Below the pieces are notes generated by a model that saw only the letters and a program-made list of their open reading frames with translations, ran no database searches and was not told the origin of the DNA. The position numbers and the translations under genes were made by a program. Source: Patescibacteria group bacterium (GTDB lineage Bacteria > Patescibacteriota > UBA1384 > XYA2-FULL-43-10). From it: a stretch of DNA of 17,571 nt. Each line of letters begins with the position of its first letter. Positions within the stretch are counted from its first letter, which is position 1. Of the stretch, positions 1 to 8,675 are shown piece after piece. The stretch is taken from the NCBI GenBank assembly GCA_041674405.1, contig JBAYVT010000007.1:1-17571 (forward strand), written 5' to 3'.

Positions 1-1343
1 CCGCCCCCGCCATAGTCAGATCCACCGAAGCCCCCGCCGCCGATACTGCCTCCGCCCCCGCCGGAACCTGAGCCCCAATTAGAAGAGGAGGGGGGAGGAG
101 TGTGGTCAACATCATCCACGGCGTTGTGGGCCTTGTCCCCAAGGTCCTTTGCCTGTGCAAAGTAGCTGACGCTGGAGATTGGATCGCTTCCCTCGTTAGC
201 CTGGCCCAGGTTGAACTGGTCCTCGGCTTCTGAGATTAGCGATTCCGCTTCCGATTGGCTGTTCTCGCTCCACTGGCTAGCATACGAGCGAGCGCGGTTA
301 ATTGCGGACCTGGCCGCACTGCGCTGACCAGGGATGCCCGCAATGGCATTCTGCATCTGAGTCCAGCGGTCTTCGGCTCGGCCGAACACTTCAAGCGCGT
401 TGTCCGCGATCTGGTTGGCCCGGTCGAGGCTGTTCTTCGCCTCGACGAACCTCTGCACCTTCATCTCGTTGAGCGCTTTCGCAGTGTTCCACTCGTCGTT
501 GGCTGTGCTCATCTGCTCGTAAGCCGACTGGACTTGAACACTCATCCTGTACTTCGGGTAGCGCTCCAGCTGTCCGGCCACGAACTGCGCCCGGTTGTAG
601 CGGCCTTCAACAATCGAGATGCACGATGGGAAATCGGCAATACGACGATCGTTGGTGCCCTTCATCTCCGGGACTGCCGATGCCAGCTTTCTGGCTTCAG
701 TACACAGCCGTTCGCCTTCGAGGCATGAGACGTAGATCGCTCGGTAATCCGGTAGCCCCTGTTGGAGCTTCCGTCCTACGAGCGAAATCGCCTTGTCGTG
801 GTTGTCGTGCGCAGACGCATTGGTTTTGCGCGCCGGCGCGAAATGGACGGTGAAGTAGCCCATCCTCTCGAATGCTTTGACGTCAGCCTCAAGCTGCTTG
901 ACCATCGCTGCGAGTTTTCCAGGCTCGCCTTGATAGTTGGCCAATGCTTGGTCGAGAAAGGCGATCTCTTCGTGCCAGCCGGCGTAACCGGCCTTGACTT
1001 TCTGACTGTGCACGACGGCTTCCCGGGCAAACCTGGTCTTCATGCTTGGCCGTCTTGTAGACTTGGCCTTCGCGATCGAGTCCCTGGCTGCTTGAAGCTC
1101 TGAGATCGCCTGAGTGGGGCTGAACTTCTCGAGGTAGACCGCGAGATGTTTCTCTCGTGCTGCCTTCAGCTCAGTTGTCGCTGCTTGCAGATCCGTCTCG
1201 GCCTGGTCTACCGTTGCAGTCGCTTCCTTGAGAAAACGCTGCGCGGCATGCTCTAGGCCGATGCGGATTCCTTGGCAGACAAGAAGCGCAACCAAAAGCA
1301 CGATGAAAACCGTGCCAAGGCTACGCCGACTGCTAAGGTCCAT
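1..1343 (-). CDS. Partial CDS open at the left edge: N-terminal hydrophobic segment, coiled/helical middle, Gly/Ser-rich tail (GSGSGGGGSIGGGGGFGGSDYGGGG) reminiscent of YgcG/TPM-type proteins
   Basis: Read by hand: ATG at 1343-1341 preceded by AAGGAGG; N-terminus MDLSSRRSLGTVFIVLLVALLVCQGIRIG; the spot-checked codons at 1-59 are open and the tail is low-complexity Gly. The supplied track missed it because there is no stop in the window. Confidence 0.72.
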   Translation of the reverse strand, partial: MDLSSRRSLGTVFIVLLVALLVCQGIRIGLEHAAQRFLKEATATVDQAETDLQAATTELKAAREKHLAVYLEKFSPTQAISELQAARDSIAKAKSTRRPSMKTRFAREAVVHSQKVKAGYAGWHEEIAFLDQALANYQGEPGKLAAMVKQLEADVKAFERMGYFTVHFAPARKTNASAHDNHDKAISLVGRKLQQGLPDYRAIYVSCLEGERLCTEARKLASAVPEMKGTNDRRIADFPSCISIVEGRYNRAQFVAGQLERYPKYRMSVQVQSAYEQMSTANDEWNTAKALNEMKVQRFVEAKNSLDRANQIADNALEVFGRAEDRWTQMQNAIAGIPGQRSAARSAINRARSYASQWSENSQSEAESLISEAEDQFNLGQANEGSDPISSVSYFAQAKDLGDKAHNAVDDVDHTPPPSSSNWGSGSGGGGGSIGGGGFGGSDYGGG

Positions 1344-1600
1344 CAGTACCGCCTCCTTGTCATACGGATGACTATTCGCGTTATTATCGCGTTGAACGAC
1401 TGCCTCACACTACTATATTTTAGTCGATATGTCAAGAGTAATGGCCTGTATTTTATCAGCCATTTTTTCTCGAAAAAACAAAAAGTTACTCTTAAAATGG
1501 CAAAAATTAAAGATTTCTGGTTAAAATCTGTTGACCAGAACTATATAATCGTGTAAATTGGCATGTGCAAGATATTCTATTATACGGGTAACGGAGGTCA

Positions 1601-2248
1601 ATGCGGATGAATGCGCCGGGCTCGCGGTTGTGGTTGGTGTCGTGTCTAGCTTTTCGGGCGATTAGCTGGTGTTTGGGCCAGCGATCTGTAGTCATTGGCC
1701 TGGAGAATCTGCCTCAGCATGGCGGATATATCCTGGCCCCCAAACATCAGTATGTCACCGACCCCCCGCTGATCTCGGTGGCATTTTCACGCCCAACGTA
1801 CTTCATGGCCAAGATCGAGTTGTTCAAGCTCGCGGTGTTTCGCTGGTATCTTGGTCAAATTGCGGTGTTTCCCGTAGATCGGGATGATCCGCAATCCGGT
1901 TCGGAGGCAACTTCCCTGGCGATTCAGCTTGCGAGTGCGGGTAAGCCGGTGGCAATCTTCCCGGAGGGTGGCAGATATCCCGGAATTGGCATGGGCGAGC
2001 TGCACGAAGGACTGGTATTGATCGCCAGGAGGGCGAGAGTGCCAGTGATACCGCTTGCGATTGGGTACAAGCCCAATCATCCCAAGCTATTTGGCCGTGG
2101 CCAAAGATGGCTCGTTGTTATCGGGCCACCGGTAAGCGATCAGTCCGGAATCACTCATGGCAAGGGTTGCCGTCTCACGACGGAGGACCTCAGTCTTGCT
2201 CTGTCAGAGGTGACCGTTGCCGCTGTCACGCTGGCAGAAAGCATGTAG
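1601..2248 (+). CDS. plsC: 1-acyl-sn-glycerol-3-phosphate acyltransferase (PlsC-like)
   Basis: 215 aa; HX4D motif (KHQYVTDPP), FPEGGRYPG matching the EGTR-type motif, ACGGAGG RBS at about 1591-1597. Confidence 0.85.
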   Translation: MRMNAPGSRLWLVSCLAFRAISWCLGQRSVVIGLENLPQHGGYILAPKHQYVTDPPLISVAFSRPTYFMAKIELFKLAVFRWYLGQIAVFPVDRDDPQSGSEATSLAIQLASAGKPVAIFPEGGRYPGIGMGELHEGLVLIARRARVPVIPLAIGYKPNHPKLFGRGQRWLVVIGPPVSDQSGITHGKGCRLTTEDLSLALSEVTVAAVTLAESM

Positions 2249-2269
2249 CACTGGAGGGGGCACAGAAAA

Positions 2270-2289
2270 GGCGGGCTTAAAAGCCCGCC
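2270..2289. terminator. Hairpin terminator-like inverted repeat (ggcgggctt/aagcccgcc)
   Basis: Perfect 9-bp stem between the convergent plsC-like and GNAT genes. Confidence 0.6.
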
Positions 2290-2311
2290 CGCTCCCATTT
2301 TCAAACTAAAA

Positions 2312-2788
2312 TTATATTTCTAAAACATATACAGTTGTTGGTTCTCCCTGGTCGTTTATCGACTCCTCGAGCCGAGACCAGCCCAGCTTTTCGTAGAGTC
2401 TGTGGGTATGTTCTGTGTGTAAATAAATTTTTTTGAATCCAAACTTTTTAGCAATATCTAAAACCCGATTTATTAGTTGTGATGCAATGCCTTGTCCGCG
2501 ATAGTTCTCTTTTACATAAACACCTGCAATCCACGGTGTAAGATCGGGCCGTTTGTCCAGATCATGCTCCCAAAGAGAGGCCGTCCCGACCCAGTCACCA
2601 CCATCAAGGGCGACAAGAATGAAGGGAACTTTGTTGATATTTAGTTTCTTCTGAATGCCCTTTTTCAATTTTTCGAAACCTACATCATCTTTTTCTCTAA
2701 TCCACTCGGCTAACCATATTCTGGCAATTTCGTCGATAAATTTCTGATGTTTGGCCAAAAAATCAATTTTAGTTTCATATTTTTTCAT
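2312..2788 (-). CDS. GNAT family N-acetyltransferase
   Basis: 158 aa with acetyl-CoA loop-like VKENYRGQGIASQLINRVLDIAKKFGFKKIYLHTEH and a C-terminal YEKLGW. Confidence 0.85.
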   Translation of the reverse strand: MKKYETKIDFLAKHQKFIDEIARIWLAEWIREKDDVGFEKLKKGIQKKLNINKVPFILVALDGGDWVGTASLWEHDLDKRPDLTPWIAGVYVKENYRGQGIASQLINRVLDIAKKFGFKKIYLHTEHTHRLYEKLGWSRLEESINDQGEPTTVYVLEI

Positions 2789-2869
2789 TGCTGTAATTTT
2801 ATTTTAACATTTTTTAGCTTAAGGGTTCTGTTAAATTTGTAACCGGTCTTTTATCCACAATCTTTCCAA

Positions 2870-2897
2870 TTGACAGCATTTTTTATTCATATACAAT
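2870..2897 (+). promoter_or_regulatory. Sigma70-like promoter (TTGACA, 16 bp, TACAAT)
   Basis: Consensus -35 at 2870-2875 and near-consensus -10 at 2892-2897. Confidence 0.55.
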
Positions 2898-2911
2898 GAT
2901 AAGGGTTAAAA

Positions 2912-2968
2912 ATGACGAACAGGCAAAAACGCAAAAAAAGGAAGGTGATACTCTCTCGCACAAAGTGA
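2912..2968 (+). CDS. Possible leader peptide MTNRQKRKKRKVILSRTK
   Basis: Short Lys/Arg-rich ORF between the promoter and the terminator hairpin; its TGA falls in the 5' arm of the hairpin. RBS is weak. Confidence 0.25.
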   Translation: MTNRQKRKKRKVILSRTK

Positions 2969-2988
2969 GCCTAGGGCTCATTTTTTTT
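2966..2988 (+). terminator. Intrinsic terminator or attenuator upstream of the amidohydrolase gene
   Basis: tgagcc-tag-ggctca stem followed by eight T. Confidence 0.6.
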
Positions 2989-3028
2989 ATACCCCAGAAC
3001 GTTAACAATATTATAGGAGGCAAACAAA

Positions 3029-4069
3029 ATGATCGATGCGCATGTGCACCTGGATCGGGCGTGGACGGTAGAGGATAAGTACATTGAGCACGAGAGGCTG
3101 AGCATCAGGGAACTCGCAGGGTTGCCTTTGAGCTTGAAGCAGCGGGCGGTAGGCAAGCTACACAGCGGCTTGGCATTTCAGCCTGGGCCGATGAAGGAGC
3201 GGATGGGGCAGGTTATCAAGTCAAAGGCTGAGGCAGGGGAGACAGAACTCTGGACCTGCATCGATACCACTCCGGACATCGGGCTTACTGCCTTCAATGC
3301 GGCACTCGAGCTTTCCGCCGAGTATGCCGGCAGTATCGATATCAAAGTCGGCGCCTACCCGGTGTTTGGATTCAAGGCCTGGGGATCAGATCGACACGAT
3401 ATCATCCGTGAAGCGGCGAGGCGAGCTCATTTCCTTGTCGGTTTGCCGGAGCGGGACGTGGCGCTAGACCACCCGATCGGATTTCGTGGCCACTTGAAGG
3501 CACTCTTCGAACTGGGGCAAGAGTTCTCGTTGCCGATTCATGTGCACCTCGATCAGGCCAATAGCCCGTCTGAAGCGGGAACTGAGACTCTGATCGAAGG
3601 CGTGCGCTGGTTCGGATCGCCGATCGTTCCGGGTACGAAAGGCAAGCCTTCGGTCTGGGCGGTCCATGTGATCTCACCTGCGTGCTATCCGGATGATCGC
3701 TTCCGGAAGCTCCTTGATGGACTACTTGAGTGCAATATTGGTGTAATCGTCTGCCCGCATGCGGCGATCTCCATGCGCCAGCTTCGTCCGTATAATGCGC
3801 CAGTGCACAACTGCATCGCCCGAGTGAGAGAGATGCTGGCGGCTGGGATTCCGGTGCGGCTCGGGACCGACAATATCGGCGATCTTTTCGTCGGGCTTCG
3901 GCGACCCGACCTAAGGCGTGAGATTGAGATGATTCAATCTGCCGTCCGCCTATACGACGATGTCCTCTGGAACAAGGTGGCCTGTGGTCAGTCACTCGAC
4001 GACGTTGACCTCCACACCATCCGAACCTCACTCGAGGAAGACGAGGAGGTGTTTAGGACTCTGTCCTAA
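3029..4069 (+). CDS. Amidohydrolase / cytosine-deaminase-like metal-dependent hydrolase
   Basis: 346 aa; IDAHVHLDR near the N-terminus, IHVHLDQ, WAVHVI, RLGTDNIGD; AGGAGG RBS. Confidence 0.8.
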   Translation: MIDAHVHLDRAWTVEDKYIEHERLSIRELAGLPLSLKQRAVGKLHSGLAFQPGPMKERMGQVIKSKAEAGETELWTCIDTTPDIGLTAFNAALELSAEYAGSIDIKVGAYPVFGFKAWGSDRHDIIREAARRAHFLVGLPERDVALDHPIGFRGHLKALFELGQEFSLPIHVHLDQANSPSEAGTETLIEGVRWFGSPIVPGTKGKPSVWAVHVISPACYPDDRFRKLLDGLLECNIGVIVCPHAAISMRQLRPYNAPVHNCIARVREMLAAGIPVRLGTDNIGDLFVGLRRPDLRREIEMIQSAVRLYDDVLWNKVACGQSLDDVDLHTIRTSLEEDEEVFRTLS

Positions 4070-4078
4070 CGTGAACCA

Positions 4079-4107
4079 CCATCCCCGCCCATAATGGGCG
4101 GGGATGG
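4079..4107. terminator. Strong intrinsic terminator, 12-bp perfect stem
   Basis: ccatccccgccc-ataat-gggcggggatgg. Confidence 0.8.
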
Positions 4108-4122
4108 AGTCGTTTTAAAGAA

Positions 4123-4179
4123 CTATTTTTCTAGAAGATAAAAATCCACATCGAGATCTTCAAATTTCTTCTTCAAATA
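4123..4179 (-). pseudogene. C-terminal remnant of a second DUF2164-like gene (YLKKKFEDLDVDFYLLEK*)
   Basis: Minus-strand translation closely matches the C-terminus of the intact gene at 5584-5823 (WFREKFEDLDADFYVLEK*), in a different frame from the overlapping ORF 4160-5080. Confidence 0.65.
4139..4170. repeat. Direct repeat copy 1 (DUF2164 3' end)
   Basis: 28 of 32 positions identical to 5600-5631. Confidence 0.65.
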
Positions 4180-5080
4180 TTTTGAAAGAGGGGGAATATG
4201 GCACCGCTTTCAAGCCTTGTTCGCGAAGAATTATTGCCGGGTGCGAACAAATGCCGTATTTGACATAAACCAGGTTCTTGTGTTCCTTAATTTTGTTAAT
4301 TATCCGAAAAAATTCAGTCTCATCATCGCCTCGGGCCAGAGTGGTCAAAAGCAAAATATCCTGTTTGCCATTCCAGCTTCTAAGATCAGCAAAAGATTCG
4401 ACCTCAAACAAATTATGTTTATCGGAATCAAAATTAAAATTAGAAAAATGGCAGGTCTTTTTGAATTCCATTATTGTAAAATTTCCATCAGGCATTATGA
4501 AAAATTCATACAAAATGTCATCATCCCAGTCAAATTTTTTAATCTTTTGCCACAAATTTTTGATGTCGGCAATCAAATCCTCCGGATTATTCCGAACAAT
4601 TCTTTTTTCAAGGACGCTCCCATTCTCAAAAAGGCAAGTTTTTGGTGCTACCGAAATTTGCATCTTTGCTTTACTGCCGCTTATGATCACATTGTCGCAG
4701 CTTTTTGCCGACTCCGATTCCCAGACGCCATTGATTATGCTCATATAGTATATACCGCTGTTCTTAACAAAAGTGCCGCTGTATTTGGCGGTGACGAATC
4801 CTTGAACTATCGCCACGAGCTTGGGGGTGATTTTTTCTGAGATAAATTGATAAATTTCTTCGAAAGATTTGATTATCACACTTCTCGGAAGGTTTATCGT
4901 CCTATTTGCAGAAGAAAATCGGACTCCCATTCTGTCGCCATTAGTAAAGCCGGCATCCAGTAGTTCAGCAAATAATTTGTCTTTAGGGGGCAAATTCCGC
5001 AAAATCAAAAGATTCTGCTTAAACAGCCCCTTTTTCTTAAGCTCGGTTAGTGATTCGGCTTTTTGCCCAAGTTTCTTCAT
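4160..5080 (-). CDS. Uncharacterised protein, possibly ATP-grasp / PPDK N-terminal-like
   Basis: 306 aa intact ORF; VGVRFSSANRT-type segment (GVRFSSANRT) and LVAIVQGFVTAKYSGTFVK resemble PEP-utilising enzymes. Family call tentative. Confidence 0.6.
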   Translation of the reverse strand: MKKLGQKAESLTELKKKGLFKQNLLILRNLPPKDKLFAELLDAGFTNGDRMGVRFSSANRTINLPRSVIIKSFEEIYQFISEKITPKLVAIVQGFVTAKYSGTFVKNSGIYYMSIINGVWESESAKSCDNVIISGSKAKMQISVAPKTCLFENGSVLEKRIVRNNPEDLIADIKNLWQKIKKFDWDDDILYEFFIMPDGNFTIMEFKKTCHFSNFNFDSDKHNLFEVESFADLRSWNGKQDILLLTTLARGDDETEFFRIINKIKEHKNLVYVKYGICSHPAIILREQGLKAVPYSPSFKIFEEEI

Positions 5081-5118
5081 AATCTATTTTCCCAACAGAC
5101 GATTAACATATTTTTTAT

Positions 5119-5562
5119 TTATTCTGCATAGTTTGGGTATTTGGGGTCGGTAAGATCGTCGATTATTTCTACCGGCTCGATAGTGCCTTGCCAAAAATTG
5201 ATTCCGAGCTCTGCAGCCCCTCGTTCACAAACTTTGATATAGCTGGCATATACCGGGAGTTGGGCGCTCTTCTTTTCAGGCCAAATGAAAGCGAAGCAAT
5301 CATTAGCGACCTCAACAAGATCGGAGCCAGATTCACGAGAAATCAAATCGTCCAGTTCACTATCATTGACTTTGAAATAAGCTACCTGAACTTCAGAATC
5401 AGGATTTTTTCGCATGTTTAAATAAGCCCGATCTTTAAATGGAGCATTAAATATTCGTTCGTATCCCTTAAGATTCAAGGGCGTTAATTTTTTAGTTGTC
5501 GGAATAGTCTTTTGTCGGCTCTTGCTATCGAGCAGCGAACCATAAGCTATAATTTTTTTCAT
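5119..5562 (-). CDS. Gamma-glutamylcyclotransferase (GGCT/AIG2)-like protein
   Basis: 147 aa; N-terminal IIAYGSLLD (YGS motif) followed by LKGYERIFNAP. Confidence 0.65.
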   Translation of the reverse strand: MKKIIAYGSLLDSKSRQKTIPTTKKLTPLNLKGYERIFNAPFKDRAYLNMRKNPDSEVQVAYFKVNDSELDDLISRESGSDLVEVANDCFAFIWPEKKSAQLPVYASYIKVCERGAAELGINFWQGTIEPVEIIDDLTDPKYPNYAE

Positions 5563-5583
5563 TTGGCTCCTTCGATGAGCTAA

Positions 5584-5823
5584 TCATTTCTCTAATACAT
5601 AAAAATCCGCATCGAGATCTTCGAATTTTTCGCGAAACCATTTGCGCGCGTCGGAAACTCCGCGATTGTAGAATGCCGGTCCGGCCTTTTTCAGAATGAA
5701 ATCCAGAACTATTTCTGCTCTCAGGTCGCCAAGATCCTCTTCAAATTCTTTTCTAAAAAAATCTTTGATCTCGCCGATCAATATTTTTTTATCATCTTCG
5801 TTTAGTTCAATTTCCTTTTTCAT
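5584..5823 (-). CDS. DUF2164-like protein
   Basis: 79 aa; IKDFFRKEFEEDLGDLRAEIVLDFILKKAGPAFYNRGVSDARKWF pattern. Confidence 0.7.
   Translation of the reverse strand: MKKEIELNEDDKKILIGEIKDFFRKEFEEDLGDLRAEIVLDFILKKAGPAFYNRGVSDARKWFREKFEDLDADFYVLEK
5600..5631. repeat. Direct repeat copy 2 (within the intact DUF2164-like gene)
   Basis: 28 of 32 identical to 4139-4170. Confidence 0.65.
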
Positions 5824-5832
5824 AAATGCGGC

Positions 5833-6336
5833 TCATTTTTTAATAAATTTTTTCATATTCTTTACAAAAACCGGCATAGAGCCATATATTTCATGGACCA
5901 TATTACGCAGAACCGAATCACACTCTTTCGAATCGGGTGGAGGAATATGAAAAGATATCTTTTTGCCAGAAACAATTTCGCTAAACATCGGAACCTTGAT
6001 ACCAAAGTGCTCACATATCCAATCCTGATGATATTCTGCCATCGCCACGATCAGATCAGAATCATCAATTATTTTCTGGGTTAATTGAGTTCTTTTGTGC
6101 CCCGAAACATCAATTCCGATTTTTTTTAGTTCATCAAAGTGGGCAAAGTTATACCCGCTTGTATCAGTGCTCGTGTCTGTACCGGCAGAAGTAATATTGA
6201 GATTGGTAATGTTGTTTTTCTTTGAATATTCTTTTAAACAATATTCGGCCATCAAGCTGCGTGCGATATTATCCGAACAAACAAAACAGACGCTAGTTTT
6301 TCTAATTCCGGTTTTGGATTCAATTTCTTTTTTCAT
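5833..6336 (-). CDS. Low-molecular-weight protein tyrosine phosphatase / arsenate reductase-like
   Basis: VCFVCSDNIARSLMAEY fits the C(X)5R P-loop; ITSAGTDT follows as expected for the family. Confidence 0.75.
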   Translation of the reverse strand: MKKEIESKTGIRKTSVCFVCSDNIARSLMAEYCLKEYSKKNNITNLNITSAGTDTSTDTSGYNFAHFDELKKIGIDVSGHKRTQLTQKIIDDSDLIVAMAEYHQDWICEHFGIKVPMFSEIVSGKKISFHIPPPDSKECDSVLRNMVHEIYGSMPVFVKNMKKFIKK

Positions 6337-6821
6337 TTTTTAAGGACTTTCAGAATAATTTTGGCGGTTTCTTCCGGAGCTTGCGATGAGTTGTCTATAA
6401 TGGTGGTTTTGAATCCGGGATTATTGATACCGATATCATAGTGATGCTTGACGCGTTTTGCTTCCCATTCATCAAGTTCGCGCGCGCCGCGGTTATTTGC
6501 TGCGATGTCAAGCTTCGGGTTTAGTGTAAAGGCGTGAATATCTTTCTTGTCGATGTCAATATTGGAAACTAGAAAATCGTAATTTTCCTTTGAAAGCGGG
6601 TAGTTGATTATAGTATTCAAACCTGTTTTTAGAAAATTATTGGCGACATCGGCAGCATTTTTGAGATTTAGTTTAATCAATTCATCACTGAGCGGGATAA
6701 AGGGTACAAAACTTCGCAGCTTATCGATTTCAATAGAAGCTGTATTTGGGAGTTCTTTTGCCAAAATTTCCGCTATGGTAGACTTTCCCGAATTGATTGA
6801 TCCGCTAATTACTATTAACAT
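6333..6821 (-). CDS. P-loop (zeta-toxin/kinase-like) NTPase
   Basis: 162 aa; Walker A GSINSGKST at the N-terminus; its stop overlaps the start of the downstream phosphatase-like ORF by 4 nt. Confidence 0.7.
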   Translation of the reverse strand: MLIVISGSINSGKSTIAEILAKELPNTASIEIDKLRSFVPFIPLSDELIKLNLKNAADVANNFLKTGLNTIINYPLSKENYDFLVSNIDIDKKDIHAFTLNPKLDIAANNRGARELDEWEAKRVKHHYDIGINNPGFKTTIIDNSSQAPEETAKIILKVLKK

Positions 6822-6871
6822 TTCTCCTCCTTGTACCCTAAGTATAACAAAAATATATTCGAAATATTATT

Positions 6872-8161
6872 TTATTGAGATACTGCTCCGCCAGCTCTTT
6901 TAACATGAGTCCATTCACATCCACCAACACCGGTTCTGTGTTCGCGCAAGAGTTTTGGAATGCTATAAAATCCTTTAATTGTTGCGATATATTCGACACA
7001 AGAAAGTATATACATCAAGAGATATGCAATCGGAACCATGACAGCAAATTTTGTTCTTTCATATATACTATATCCTTGCGTTGCTCCACTCGTGAGAATA
7101 ACGGTATAAAAACAAAAAGTAAGGACTGAGCCTGCAATTGTAGTAAAATCTCCGTTTACGAAGATTAAATAAAGAATATATCCAATCATAAGTGGCTCGA
7201 TAGCAGAAATTATTTCGGAAAATAAAGCATATGGCAGATAAAACCATGAAAGCAACTTTCCAAGTTTTCGATCTTTTGAAAAGAAAAGATCGCGCCTTTT
7301 CAAAAACGCCTGGTAACGGCCATATTTCCAGCGGTTTCGTTGTTTCAGAAGCTCGGGGATGCTGGCAACCGACTCAGAGAAAACTACCATCGACGGATCG
7401 TAGCCGATAAATTTCTTGTCTTTGTAGTGCAATATCATTTTCATCGATAGGTCGATATCCTCGGTGATCGTATCGGTATCATAACCGTTTAAAGTACGCA
7501 GTATTCTCATTCTGTACATAGAACCGACTCCTCCAACAATATATTGTATGCGGGTCATCGCTTCGGCTTTCTTCATCTGGTGATTTAGCATATACTCAAT
7601 TCTCTGGAGGAGATTGAGCATGCCTTTTCCGGGAATGATTTTTACATTGGATGCGAGAGCACCAACCCTCTTTTCGCGAAAAAATTCAACGGCTATTTTC
7701 AGCGCGTCCTTTGTTAGTACCGAGTCGGCATCAAGACACATAAAGAGCGAGCCCTTGGCGAATCTCAAGCCTTTATTCATTGCTTTCGCCTTGCCGCGGA
7801 CATTAACATTAAGAACCTTAATTTTTTTGAGTTTTCCTCTAAATTTGCGCTGGAAGAGAAGAGCAATATTTTTTGTTCTATCATCACTGGAATCATTTAC
7901 GATAATTAACTCAACATTTTTGTATGAACTTTTCACAATACTCACAAGATTGCGATACAGGGCAACTTCCTCATTGTGTGCAGGAACGATAATGGTAATA
8001 AGTGGGTGATAATGATGAGAATAATATCGTTGATTCTCGTCCGCATCATCTTTTCGCCCGATGGTTTTGATGTCGTATAGATCACTAGCAACAGAGAAAA
8101 ATGTCAACCGTACAAGATTGATAAAACTGAGCATTAGAACCAAATAAGCTATAAAAAGCAT
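6872..8161 (-). CDS. Family 2 membrane glycosyltransferase (poly-GlcNAc/hyaluronan/cellulose synthase-like)
   Basis: 429 aa; ITIIVPAHNEE, ELIIVNDSSDD, MCLDADSV, TITEDIDLS, QRNRW, plus C-terminal transmembrane segments. Confidence 0.9.
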   Translation of the reverse strand: MLFIAYLVLMLSFINLVRLTFFSVASDLYDIKTIGRKDDADENQRYYSHHYHPLITIIVPAHNEEVALYRNLVSIVKSSYKNVELIIVNDSSDDRTKNIALLFQRKFRGKLKKIKVLNVNVRGKAKAMNKGLRFAKGSLFMCLDADSVLTKDALKIAVEFFREKRVGALASNVKIIPGKGMLNLLQRIEYMLNHQMKKAEAMTRIQYIVGGVGSMYRMRILRTLNGYDTDTITEDIDLSMKMILHYKDKKFIGYDPSMVVFSESVASIPELLKQRNRWKYGRYQAFLKRRDLFFSKDRKLGKLLSWFYLPYALFSEIISAIEPLMIGYILYLIFVNGDFTTIAGSVLTFCFYTVILTSGATQGYSIYERTKFAVMVPIAYLLMYILSCVEYIATIKGFYSIPKLLREHRTGVGGCEWTHVKRAGGAVSQ

Positions 8162-8166
8162 TGGAT

Positions 8167-8352
8167 TTATTGCTTAGCAGATTGCTTTTTTGCAAGATAG
8201 ATTTTGTAAAGCCGGATGCCCAAAATGATCAATGCGGCTAAAATCGCGGCTAAAATGATACCTTTAAAAAGCAGGTTGGTTGTGAAAAAGGAGCCGGCTG
8301 CAGCTGCAGTGGAGGCACCCAAAACACTTTTACTTGTAGAATCGCCTGACAT
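8167..8352 (-). CDS. Small single-pass membrane protein in the same operon as the GT2
   Basis: 61 aa; hydrophobic GIILAAILAALIILGIRLY followed by a basic tail; 5-nt gap to the GT2. Confidence 0.6.
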   Translation of the reverse strand: MSGDSTSKSVLGASTAAAAGSFFTTNLLFKGIILAAILAALIILGIRLYKIYLAKKQSAKQ

Positions 8353-8542
8353 TTGATTCTCCTGATGGTTAATTAGTTATAACGCTTAGTCATAACACAA
8401 AACCACAAAAATAGCAATAGCTGAGCAGAGATTATCAAAATTTCAGCCGGGTGTGGAGAAAATGATATTTAAATCGGAGAAAATTTGTGCTTTAAAATGG
8501 TTGTGGTGCTTTGGAAATTAGCATCATTTTATAATACCTAAA

Positions 8543-8675
8543 CCCCTCGGGGCATGGTGAAAACACGTAAGCGATAAAGACGGTCTTCTGTCTGGTATGC
8601 TTACGTGTCTCCGCTCGAAAGGGCGGATGGGCACTCGCAAGAGTGCCGCCAGCGGGAGACCATTTTTATTTTGTC
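8543..8675 (+). ncRNA. Candidate structured RNA or 5' leader with several hairpins
   Basis: CCC/GGG hairpin at 8543-8552; perfect 10-bp acacgtaagc (8563-8572) / gcttacgtgt (8599-8608); ccgctc-GAAA-gggcgg at 8611-8626; ggcactc-GCAA-gagtgcc at 8630-8647; possible closing atggt (8554-8558) / accat (8659-8663), then T-rich tail. Confidence 0.5.

Noticed and set aside
255-1103. Track ORFs 255-728 (+), 626-853 (+), 762-1103 (+) and 776-1030 (-)
   Set aside because: They lie antisense to, or out of frame with, the better supported minus-strand CDS 1343-1 that has an RBS and a Gly-rich tail.
1272-1887. Track ORFs 1272-1556 (+), 1507-1695 (-), 1669-1887 (+)
   Set aside because: No family resemblance or RBS; they overlap promoter or intergenic sequence or the PlsC-like gene.
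3402-4031. 209-aa minus-strand ORF 3402-4031 and other antisense frames in the amidohydrolase gene
   Set aside because: Shadow ORFs typical of GC-rich coding DNA; the + strand frame has motifs and an RBS.
4217-5153. Plus-strand ORFs 4217-4840, 4278-4748, 4869-5153
   Set aside because: Antisense to the 306-aa minus-strand ORF within a consistent minus operon; low-complexity translations.
7614-8009. 131-aa plus-strand ORF
   Set aside because: Antisense to the clear GT2 glycosyltransferase.
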